13,483 bases of DNA from an uncultured archaeon (GCA_964508365.1 CAZDTP010000081.1:1-13483); one strand, 5' to 3'; numbered from the stretch's first letter, positions 5,736 through 13,483 are shown. Numbers and translations: made by a program. The notes: generated by a model not told the origin, from the letters alone.

Positions 5736-8700
5736 TTAACTCCCATATATTGAATTTTCGTAAATTATATGATAATATCCCGACTTCAGGAAGAAAGTAA
5801 TGAAACAAAACGCCGAGAGGACGACAGAAATGACGGTGTGGACAATCATAATGGTCTTGATATGCTCCGTGCCGCCTCCAGTTTTCGCAGCTCCACTAAA
5901 TAGCACGAGAGAAGTTGTAAGTCCAATAATCGAACTGAATAAAGAAACAACCATAATCGGATATCCGCCAAGTAGTTCGTTTAGTGTGAGTGGGTCTTTT
6001 TCTTGAGATGGTACAAGAACTCCATCTTCATTCTCTTCCCAATTGATACCCATGACATCATCGTTCATATCAAATATCATTAAAGCCATTAATAATCCCG
6101 AAAACTGGGTAAGAAAGTTGAAGTTGAGAGAGCCAACTTCATTTTTAGAAACACTGAGTGCGATTAGAAATCCAACACTCTTTACAAACATGTGTAACCC
6201 GAGTCCGATGAGAGATCCCATGTCGTTTGTAGAAAATACAAAAGTACTGAAAGCGATAATGTTTAAGACGATATCTAGTACGGCAAGAGTCCCAGCGATA
6301 ATTTGGGCTGCAAGTTGTATTCTTGCATCTTTAAAGGACGCGAAAAATGCCATTGTCATGTATACTATTGAGATGACAATTGCACCTGCGATGCCTTCCA
6401 CACCTACCCCGTTCGGGTAGCCATAGAAGAAGGTATTTTTCATGTTCTCAAAGCTTCCCATGTGCCATATCCTCTTATTTGTGGTGATAATTGTGTTATG
6501 CGCTTGATTATCTTCAACCTCGAAGCTAAATCCCCACGCTCCGGAGGTAAAGTTATAACTGTTCAAATCAGAACTCTGTTCGTATTTGTAGGCATAGTGT
6601 CCGTCTCCAAGCACATCGATGAAATATTCGTCGTATCCTTCGGGTCCTGGACCGTAATGGTCTCCGGTCCACTTCATATCAATAGGTTTTAGTGGATCGT
6701 CTGGATGATCGAGGTTAAATAGCGTTAGTTTAGGGACGAATTCAAATTCGTTGTTCCAGTGTTCTTCGTGAGTTCCGTCGGGATCTTCAATGTAAACCCA
6801 AAATCTTAATATGAATTCGTCAGAAACGGGTGATAGCGCTGTTAAATCCGACTCTTCGCTGAGTAAGCGATTCCAAGTTAAGTCTTCGACGTACCACTTC
6901 CAGATGATTGGTGGAAGGTTAGTTCCCGTTATTCTGGGCTTAAGGAGTGGTCCTTCAAACCAGCACGGAATGTATTCAAAATCCTCGTCACTGTCAATGT
7001 ATTCGTCTTCGGGTTCATTATCCTCTTCTTCTTCGATAATTTGGTAATCCCATAAGACGGATACCGATCCATCGTAAAAGACAGCTTCGTAGTAATAGTT
7101 AAGAGTAGTCGGCTCATCAATGGAAATGTAGTTCGAGAAATTGAGTGTTCTACTATAGGTATTAAAACTCATCTCTTCGTAAGTGTAAGTAGATGCTAGA
7201 CTCATTGGAAAGGTCTTTATAGTTTCGTTTGGCCATTTCAATTTGAGATACACTTGTTCGGGTGTGAAACCGTCGAGAAAGTCGCATCCGGTTGCGGTGA
7301 ACTCGAACTCACTATCTATATATCCAGAGAATGGTTCTAAATATGAACTTATAAAATAGCTCCTATTATCGTGGAATAGAGGACCGATCGCGTAGCCATA
7401 ACAGGGCCATCTCGTTGTTTTATTCACGATGCTTGCTTTAGTAATAAAGCAATAGTGCCACTGTCCGTTTCGATGATAAAAGTCGAAATCTTCCCCAAAG
7501 TCAACGGTGCGATTAAATCTTACCCAATTGTAGTAGGTATCGAACGATTGTCCAGGAGTTTCGTCCATAGAATAGTTGTAAGTGTTCCCAGAGGGACTCA
7601 CGAGCACGAGAGTGACATAGTCGGGAGCGTATCCCTGCGGTCGATGTCGGTACGTAGCGTGAAAGTCATATCTCAACCCTCCTAGATGATCGAATCCGCA
7701 ACCGAGCTCAGGTGGAACGGTTGCATTGCTGTCAGTCCCCATGCAATCTTCGAGGAGCGATCCGAGTTTAGTGTCCATCGTAAGAAGTGGGAAGTATATG
7801 TCAAAGTATTCCCAATAAGTCCATGTTATATATGCTTCGACTCGTACTTCGTAGTCGGACATTTCAAGTTCGATAAATGCTATGCGAGTATCGACTCCGT
7901 ATGGTATAGCCCAGTTAATTCCCCAGTCGCACTCGAATTCGGTAAAGATGCTTGTTATATCGAGAGTAATTCCGATACCAAGGAATATTATTGAAATCGT
8001 TAATACTTCGAGGGCAAGACAGATGTATGCAACAACGATTAAAGCAGCGCGAATGAGACACCAGACGAGATTTGCGAGGAAGGTAAGAAGATTTAGTCCA
8101 ACTCCATTTGCGTTGTTATCATTGAATTGAGTTATACTGATGATGATTAGCGAGAAGATCATAATTAGTCCGATGGTTGGTAAAATAAACGGTAGCAAGA
8201 ACAGCCAAAAGAAAATGGGATTGTAGGGATTTGGCGTGGTTCCGTAGAGAGAATCTTCATAGCCACCGCCCCACAGAATAAATCTCGAGACGGTGTTGGG
8301 CACATTAAGGGACACAGCGCTCGTTCCGTTCAATTTTGTAGAAACAGCAGTATACACAATACCAAGGTCTGTTGATGTTTGGTTGTTTTCGTCAAGTGTT
8401 TGATTTATAGCACAGGTGAGGAGCAGATCGATCAGTTCCATGGCTTCTTGAGAGGTCATTTGGTATCTAACGAACACGAAATCAGCGTCTCCGCACTCGT
8501 CGTCAACGATGTTCCCGTCCCTATCGATGGAGTAAAACTCAAACTCTCCCTCAACATCGCTATATAGTACGGTTTGGTCTAATAGTCCGTTTTCAATGAA
8601 AGCGTTGAGTTTTGTCTTAGTGAAAAGGCTAGTTGGGACGACGATTGCGTTGGCTCCTTGGACGAAGGGAGTGCCAACTCCGGAATCTGTTATGTGTAGT

Positions 8701-11700
8701 TGGAAGACGTTCATTCTTTCTTGATTTTGATAGTGCCCGTTAAACAAGGTCTCGTTTTTCGAATAGATGGCTACGGTGTTAACTTTATCCACAGTAATTT
8801 TCTTTACATTTACCAGAATTTCGTCTGTTCTACCGAATTGTCCGGTGTGTTGGGCAACGAGGGCTTGCGTTTCTTCTGGGGAGTCAAGGTCATAGAAATC
8901 GGAATACCAATTTCCGTCAAAGCGGTTGAGATCTGGGAGGTCAATATCTCCGAGCATTGCGTCCTCCCACAGGGTGAAGAAAAATTGGACTTGGTTACTT
9001 TGCGAGGTAAAATCGTCGCTAATATCGATGTAGTAGCGATATCCTTCTCCACCGTTCCACCAAGCGGTTTGGTATGTTATGTACCAGTCTGCTACGAAAA
9101 CATCGGTTGTTGCATGTTTTCCTACAGTAAAGAACCCAACTTTATTTTCCTCTTCCGTGGCGTCTGGATCGGTAATATCGTTGAGTTGAAGGTATATACC
9201 AATTTTTAACACTGGGTTTGTGGTTGGCCACGCTTGGTTTCGATAGCTCGCATAGATGGGAGAAATTTCGAGAATGATGTTTTCAAGGGGATTTCTATCC
9301 TTAGAGTCGGCAGCACCGTCTCCATCGGTATCTCGACTTATGGGATTTGTACCCGTGGTAAAAATCTCGTAGCTATCGCTCCACCCGTCAGAATCTGAAT
9401 CGAATAATGCAGGATCGGTCAACCACGCGTGAGTATCGAGCGGTCCAGCTTCCACGAATGTATCGATTTCGATGTAAAATTCGTTGAGAGCGAGCAAATC
9501 TGCCCCTACATGAGTGGATTCTAAGGCAATAATAAGTATATATTCTCCGTAGATGTCAGATATGGTATTAGATTGGAGTAAATCAAATAAATTCACGCTC
9601 TGAGAGAACAGGAGATAATCGCTTGTAGTGCTTTGTTGAGAATAATCGATTAAAACAGAGTTACCAATGGTTTTGTTTAAATATTTTTTAACTACTGTAA
9701 ATTCTACGGAAGTATTTGGTTGAAGTTGTCCGTTAGATTCAATTTCTAAGTTTAACTGAGCGTTAGACACCCTCCCTATTTGCGGGATATCTAACCTGTA
9801 AGCTGTGGTATAGTTGGAATTAAAAGTCGTTGAATTGACAATTCTTTGAGTGCTGTTATATAAATCTTTTACATCTATTTTTTCCGTGCCTTCTACGAGT
9901 AGGTTCATTTCTACTCCATCGAGGATTCCATCCTCGTCAAAATCTTCAGCATGAGGGTCGAGATACCTACAAAATTCCAATTCAAATTGTTCCACCAAAC
10001 ATCCTGTGCTGTAGTCGTCCACTTCCAGAACGTAGTTTCCATAGTAGCTGTAACTGAGAGAATCGTTGTTCATAATCTTGCTTACATCTATTACATGAGA
10101 AAAGTATCTCGTTCCATTAGTAGTTGTTTCGAATAGGAGGGCGTCGTATCCTTCGTGCTTTACTCTCACGGTTAAATTTTTTACGTTGCTCTCTTCAATC
10201 CCGTATTCCCCGGTTTCGTTCGTTCCATGTTCTCCAAACGAGAGTGCTACGGAAATTTGGGCGGTTGCTGCTTTCTGGAACATGTATGGAAAGTGAAGAG
10301 AGACGGGATTTGATACGTTGACCCTGATTTCATTTTTTTCACTATTTTCTAATTGTATGGTATAAAATTTCATTTCAGCACCATCGGAAGCAAAATCACG
10401 ATCACAATCCGGGTTGAGGGGACTCGTTTTAAATCCTAAGAGCCCCCAACCGTAGAATTCTTCTCCATCTTTAATGCCATCTCCATCAGAATCAGTATTG
10501 TCGAGATCAGTTCCGATATCTAATTCAATTTTGTCCGAGAGAAAGTCTCCATCATTATCAAAATTAGCCGGATAAGGATCCTGCAAATCTTCTAACCCAT
10601 CTCCGTCAGAATCTTTTAAGCGGGGATTGCTCCCAGTTTGATATTCATCGTAATCCGAAACGCCATCACTATCAGTATCATAAATTAAGGGCTCGCTCGA
10701 GACATGGAGAACTTTAGAACCTTCAAAGAAATTAATCGTAACATTCCATCCATAAAACTCTATCGAATCCTTGAGGATGTCATAGTCGCTGTCGTCGTTC
10801 AATGGATTTGTCCCAATAGAAAGCTCTCCAATTCCAGAAGCGTCCAATCCATCGCAAAGTCCGTCGCCATCAGTATCAGGATTAACAAAATTAGTATTGA
10901 ATATAAATTGCTCGCACTCATCAGAGATATAATCGTTATCGGCATCAGAAAAAGTTTCCAAAGATTCGCTCGTTACATCTAATAATTGTTCGATATTATC
11001 AGGAACGCTATTTTTATTGTTGTCGATAACGACATTAACGAAGAATGTAGTTACGCTTTCCTTTCCGGACGGATCTACTACTTTTACTTGCCCTCTATAA
11101 ATAGCAGTCTCCGTACAGCTAAAAGTCATCGTGCTGGTAGCTTTCCCAACGGTGTCGCTATGGATGAAAGTAGTATCTCCATCAGTAATTTCCCAATAAA
11201 ATTTCAAATTATTAATGTCGAAAACGCTATCGTAACCGTACGCGATTAGTTGTAATTCTGCTTCATTGCTTGAGTCGGCATTTGGACCGTTATACACATA
11301 ATTTGAAACGAATACTTCTGGAGCGATATTATTTACTTTCAAAGTAATATTTTCCGAAGCAACTTGACCGTTTTGATTAGTAACATTTAACATAAAACGA
11401 TAATCTCCATCGTCTAGCATGATTGAAGGGCGTTTATCGTTTGAGATTTGAGCACCAGTTTCATCGTACCAGGTATAGGATAATATAGCCTCGTTCTCTA
11501 ACGAATCGTAAACTTCAACATCTAGATTAACCATTTGACCTTCGATATTTTGAGGGAGCGTAAAAGGACCTAGAACATCTAATGTGATAACATTCTCAAT
11601 TTCATTTTTTTTAGTTCCGTTAGTTTGATTACTATCGATATTTATTAGTTTTGAACTGTGATCCACTGCTCCATTATCATCTTTAACGCATAGTTCAACG

Positions 11701-12668
11701 GTGTATTGCCCGGAAGTATCGTAACCGTGATGGACATATTTCCCAAAAGCCGTGTGATTATCGCCAAAATCCCATATATACATTAGCGAATTATAATCGC
11801 TATCAGTGTCCACACTTAGCTCCGCGTTAAATTCTACGATGCCCTCTGATAAAATTTGATCAAAGTAAGCCACAGGAGCTTTGTTAATAATCTCTATATA
11901 TTCTGTTTTTTGAGATAGAGCGCCTTGGTCGTCGAATATGGTAATTGTAACAGGATATATACCCGCGTTTTCCCATTTATGAACTATTGAATTTTGATGG
12001 GATGTTGTTTGGTTATTATCTGCGAAATCGTAAACATATTTTAGAACTTCATTTTCTAAATCTACTTCGGATTCAATTATGTCTACGACGCTTACCCTAA
12101 CAAGTTCATCTTCGTGCGCGGAATTTGCGACTAAAACTTCAAATTGTGGAGCATTATTTTTGATTTCAATAAATAACGCTTTACTGGTAGAAAATCCATT
12201 TTGATTCCACACATGAATTAAAGGCGTGTATTTTCCTTGTACGGCATAGGAATGTTTAACGCTATTGGAGGTATTGTTTAGCTCTACACTTGTTCCATCC
12301 CCGAACACTATGGCTCCTTTTGAAAAACTTCCTATAACAATCCAACTAAAGGTGATGTCTTCATTTACATCTACTTCACGTTTATTGCCATTGAACACTA
12401 CATCAATGTTAGTTGATATCAATGTAAAATATAATCCAGAAAACATCGCAAAAAGCAAGACACCAATCAAGAACAACGCCTTCACTTTTCTGGACTTGAT
12501 TTTTTTTACCACATTGTTCCGTTTTTCTCGCTGATACCCAGGCAAGCGAATATAATTTCGACTCTTCTTCTCAAAAATTTTTGGTTGGAATACTTGTCGG
12601 TAAAAATTGTCTCTTTTTTGTTCTCTTTTACTTTCATTCTTAGCTGAAATTTCACTCTTATGGGGCAT
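5736..12668 (-). CDS. Giant (2310 aa) cell-surface glycoprotein: N-terminal TM anchor, ~5 PKD/Ig-like domains, DxDxDG Ca-binding (TSP3-like / binary-toxin-Ca-site-like) repeats, central hydrophobic helices, three beta-sandwich-like modules and ~6 C-terminal TM helices
   Basis: TM at aa 64-84. PKD signatures FGDG, YDFAD, WDFGD, HxYxxxGxYxVxLxVxD (nt ~12400-11030). Eleven clear DxDxDxxxD motifs (e.g. DTDGDGLCD, DSDGDGIKDGEEFYGW). Hydrophobic aa 1484-1575 and aa ~2092-2297. More than 25 N-x-S/T sequons. Single uninterrupted ORF. Confidence 0.85.
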   Translation of the reverse strand: MPHKSEISAKNESKREQKRDNFYRQVFQPKIFEKKSRNYIRLPGYQREKRNNVVKKIKSRKVKALFLIGVLLFAMFSGLYFTLISTNIDVVFNGNKREVDVNEDITFSWIVIGSFSKGAIVFGDGTSVELNNTSNSVKHSYAVQGKYTPLIHVWNQNGFSTSKALFIEIKNNAPQFEVLVANSAHEDELVRVSVVDIIESEVDLENEVLKYVYDFADNNQTTSHQNSIVHKWENAGIYPVTITIFDDQGALSQKTEYIEIINKAPVAYFDQILSEGIVEFNAELSVDTDSDYNSLMYIWDFGDNHTAFGKYVHHGYDTSGQYTVELCVKDDNGAVDHSSKLINIDSNQTNGTKKNEIENVITLDVLGPFTLPQNIEGQMVNLDVEVYDSLENEAILSYTWYDETGAQISNDKRPSIMLDDGDYRFMLNVTNQNGQVASENITLKVNNIAPEVFVSNYVYNGPNADSSNEAELQLIAYGYDSVFDINNLKFYWEITDGDTTFIHSDTVGKATSTMTFSCTETAIYRGQVKVVDPSGKESVTTFFVNVVIDNNKNSVPDNIEQLLDVTSESLETFSDADNDYISDECEQFIFNTNFVNPDTDGDGLCDGLDASGIGELSIGTNPLNDDSDYDILKDSIEFYGWNVTINFFEGSKVLHVSSEPLIYDTDSDGVSDYDEYQTGSNPRLKDSDGDGLEDLQDPYPANFDNDGDFLSDKIELDIGTDLDNTDSDGDGIKDGEEFYGWGLLGFKTSPLNPDCDRDFASDGAEMKFYTIQLENSEKNEIRVNVSNPVSLHFPYMFQKAATAQISVALSFGEHGTNETGEYGIEESNVKNLTVRVKHEGYDALLFETTTNGTRYFSHVIDVSKIMNNDSLSYSYYGNYVLEVDDYSTGCLVEQFELEFCRYLDPHAEDFDEDGILDGVEMNLLVEGTEKIDVKDLYNSTQRIVNSTTFNSNYTTAYRLDIPQIGRVSNAQLNLEIESNGQLQPNTSVEFTVVKKYLNKTIGNSVLIDYSQQSTTSDYLLFSQSVNLFDLLQSNTISDIYGEYILIIALESTHVGADLLALNEFYIEIDTFVEAGPLDTHAWLTDPALFDSDSDGWSDSYEIFTTGTNPISRDTDGDGAADSKDRNPLENIILEISPIYASYRNQAWPTTNPVLKIGIYLQLNDITDPDATEEENKVGFFTVGKHATTDVFVADWYITYQTAWWNGGEGYRYYIDISDDFTSQSNQVQFFFTLWEDAMLGDIDLPDLNRFDGNWYSDFYDLDSPEETQALVAQHTGQFGRTDEILVNVKKITVDKVNTVAIYSKNETLFNGHYQNQERMNVFQLHITDSGVGTPFVQGANAIVVPTSLFTKTKLNAFIENGLLDQTVLYSDVEGEFEFYSIDRDGNIVDDECGDADFVFVRYQMTSQEAMELIDLLLTCAINQTLDENNQTSTDLGIVYTAVSTKLNGTSAVSLNVPNTVSRFILWGGGYEDSLYGTTPNPYNPIFFWLFLLPFILPTIGLIMIFSLIIISITQFNDNNANGVGLNLLTFLANLVWCLIRAALIVVAYICLALEVLTISIIFLGIGITLDITSIFTEFECDWGINWAIPYGVDTRIAFIELEMSDYEVRVEAYITWTYWEYFDIYFPLLTMDTKLGSLLEDCMGTDSNATVPPELGCGFDHLGGLRYDFHATYRHRPQGYAPDYVTLVLVSPSGNTYNYSMDETPGQSFDTYYNWVRFNRTVDFGEDFDFYHRNGQWHYCFITKASIVNKTTRWPCYGYAIGPLFHDNRSYFISSYLEPFSGYIDSEFEFTATGCDFLDGFTPEQVYLKLKWPNETIKTFPMSLASTYTYEEMSFNTYSRTLNFSNYISIDEPTTLNYYYEAVFYDGSVSVLWDYQIIEEEEDNEPEDEYIDSDEDFEYIPCWFEGPLLKPRITGTNLPPIIWKWYVEDLTWNRLLSEESDLTALSPVSDEFILRFWVYIEDPDGTHEEHWNNEFEFVPKLTLFNLDHPDDPLKPIDMKWTGDHYGPGPEGYDEYFIDVLGDGHYAYKYEQSSDLNSYNFTSGAWGFSFEVEDNQAHNTIITTNKRIWHMGSFENMKNTFFYGYPNGVGVEGIAGAIVISIVYMTMAFFASFKDARIQLAAQIIAGTLAVLDIVLNIIAFSTFVFSTNDMGSLIGLGLHMFVKSVGFLIALSVSKNEVGSLNFNFLTQFSGLLMALMIFDMNDDVMGINWEENEDGVLVPSQEKDPLTLNELLGGYPIMVVSLFSSIIGLTTSLVLFSGAAKTGGGTEHIKTIMIVHTVISVVLSAFCFITFFLKSGYYHIIYENSIYGS

Positions 12669-12689
12669 ATACGCAATAAATATTGAATG

Positions 12690-12697
12690 TATATAAA
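12690..12697 (-). promoter_or_regulatory. Putative TATA box (TTTATATA) for a leaderless transcript of the giant gene
   Basis: Lies 22-29 nt upstream of the ATG at 12668 with no SD site. No clear purine-rich BRE upstream, so support is weak. Confidence 0.35.
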
Positions 12698-12829
12698 AGA
12701 AAAATAGACAAAAATGTAAAATCCCTAAATCGTAAATAATGTGATTGTGAAATTTTTACAGAAGAGATTCCTCAAAAATAGGATAAAACAAAATTAAAAC
12801 ATACTTTAATCTATCTAAAATTGATTTTA

Positions 12830-12954
12830 TGTGACATTCGAAAAAGTAGCTCAAGGTTCAGGCTTAGAGCGAATCGGTTTATGTGAGTGGAATGCGATAT
12901 GTGTTTGAATTGTTTTGCGAGATTGAAGTGTTTTGGTGGGAGTGTGTTCCGGAT
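12830..12954 (+). repeat. Long direct repeat, copy B (duplicate of the 23S trailer with no rRNA upstream)
   Basis: Alignment as for copy A; followed by T-runs at 12959-12987. Confidence 0.95.
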
Positions 12955-12989
12955 ATTATTTTTTTTACTATTTTTTTTGTTATTTTTGT

Positions 12990-13043
12990 AATTGGGGTAA
13001 TTATTGAGCTTTCCTATTCGATGGTAAATTACACGTTAGCTTT
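12990..13043 (+). repeat. Diverged intergenic block Z, copy 2
   Basis: 37/54 identity to 1312-1364, at an equivalent position after TCCGGA. Confidence 0.55.
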
Positions 13044-13128
13044 TCACAAATGAGTGAAAAAGTATAAATTGCGTATTTTCTTAAGTTCTCTACAAGCCTT
13101 TAAGGTTTAAAATAAAACATATAAAATA

Positions 13129-13134
13129 GAGGTG
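13129..13134 (+). promoter_or_regulatory. Possible Shine-Dalgarno site GAGGTG
   Basis: 13 nt upstream of ATG 13148; spacing is longer than usual. Confidence 0.45.
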
Positions 13135-13147
13135 TGAAGTAAAAACA

Positions 13148-13363
13148 ATGTCAAAATGTCCGTATTGTGAAGCGGATCTTCATATAGAAGATTTTTTTGT
13201 AGTGTTTGAAAAAGAATCAAAAAAAGGGAAAATAAAAACAAAAATCGGGGATTTTAGAGGGGAGAGTGTTGAGAAGTTTCGACAGCGTCTTAGAATGTGG
13301 GCGTGTCCTGGGTGTGATACGATTTTGGGGTTTTCAGAATACCGTTACGATAGTAAAATGTAA
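13148..13363 (+). CDS. Small CPxC...CPxC zinc-finger/zinc-ribbon protein (71 aa)
   Basis: CPYC at aa 4-7 and CPGC near the C-terminus (MWACPGCDTILGF), a layout typical of small archaeal CPxCG-related zinc-finger proteins. Confidence 0.8.
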   Translation: MSKCPYCEADLHIEDFFVVFEKESKKGKIKTKIGDFRGESVEKFRQRLRMWACPGCDTILGFSEYRYDSKM

Positions 13364-13377
13364 TTTTAGGAAGTAAT

Positions 13378-13398
13378 GAGGTGGGGATGTGTTCCGGA
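13378..13398 (+). repeat. Short copy (D) of the repeat core: GAGGTGGGGATGTGTTCCGGA
   Basis: 19/21 identical to 532-552; begins 14 nt after the stop codon at 13363. Confidence 0.8.
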
Positions 13399-13432
13399 GA
13401 TCTTTCTCCATACTTTTTTATTTTCTTTTTCT
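13396..13432 (+). terminator. Hairpin GGAGA-TCTT-TCTCC followed by T-rich tract
   Basis: Perfect 5-bp stem 13396-13400/13405-13409, then TTTTTTATTTTCTTTTTCT; parallels 1276-1303. Confidence 0.5.
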
Positions 13433-13483
13433 ATTCTACTATTTTTTGTAACTAATGCATTTTTTTTTACATTAATACCCAAT

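Noticed and set aside
4133-5747. ATGGGAGTT(T)AA at the 3' ends of both minus-strand genes, echoing TGGGAGT in Y
   Set aside because: The match is short, one copy is simply Tyr-Gly-Ser-stop codons, and GGTGGGAGT also occurs inside ORF1 (1071-1079) as Gly-Gly-Ser. Compatible with chance.
1449-12534. Antisense and alternate-frame ORFs in the track (1449-1790, 3806-4009, 5115-5351, 5357-5587, 5510-5719 and all + strand ORFs within 5800-12534, plus 6929-7120 and 8810-9052)
   Set aside because: Each lies wholly or mostly within a longer CDS with clear domain motifs and shows no motifs of its own; typical shadow ORFs.
428-12954. Intact provirus, plasmid or IS element between the long repeats
   Set aside because: No integrase, transposase, replication, capsid or packaging gene is recognisable and there are no terminal inverted repeats. 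The block is reported only as repeat-bounded, not as an autonomous mobile element.
12944-12991. SD-like GGAGGTG/GGTGG + GTG inside Y opening hydrophobic mini-ORFs (B: MFRILFFLLFFLLFL; D at 13389-13451: MFRRSFSILFYFLFLFYYFL)
   Set aside because: T-tracts translate to Phe/Leu automatically. Copy A stops after 4 codons (543-557) and copy C lacks the GTG and SD, so coding is not conserved. Ribosome profiling could revive this.

Overview
Low-GC archaeal window, probably Asgard (Lokiarchaeia/Promethearchaeota-like). That assignment is inferred from the 23S sequence, an enlarged helix-98 region and the HEAT-LRR and CxxC protein types. The window opens with the last ~427 nt of a 23S rRNA gene, which has a ~190-nt structured insert at the H98/ES39 position. 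No 5S or tRNA gene follows. A ~125-bp sequence starting at the predicted 23S 3' end (428-553) recurs, diverged, 12.4 kb later (12830-12954). Its 3' core (..GGTGGGAGTGTGTTCCGGA + T-tract) occurs four times, always intergenic and on the + strand. Five genes lie between the long repeats, with no integrase or transposase: a beta-helix/2-TM protein, a Schlafen AlbA_2-domain protein, a HEAT + SDS22-type LRR protein with an island insertion, a secreted Zn-dependent phospholipase C/P1-nuclease-fold protein, and a 2310-aa PKD/Ca-binding-repeat surface protein with three membrane regions. A small CxxC...CxxC zinc-finger gene follows the second repeat. The best candidates for something undescribed are the repeat-delimited, cassette-like gene block attached to the 23S trailer and the giant surface protein + PLC-fold pair. 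All domain calls are by-eye motif recognition; no database searches were run.
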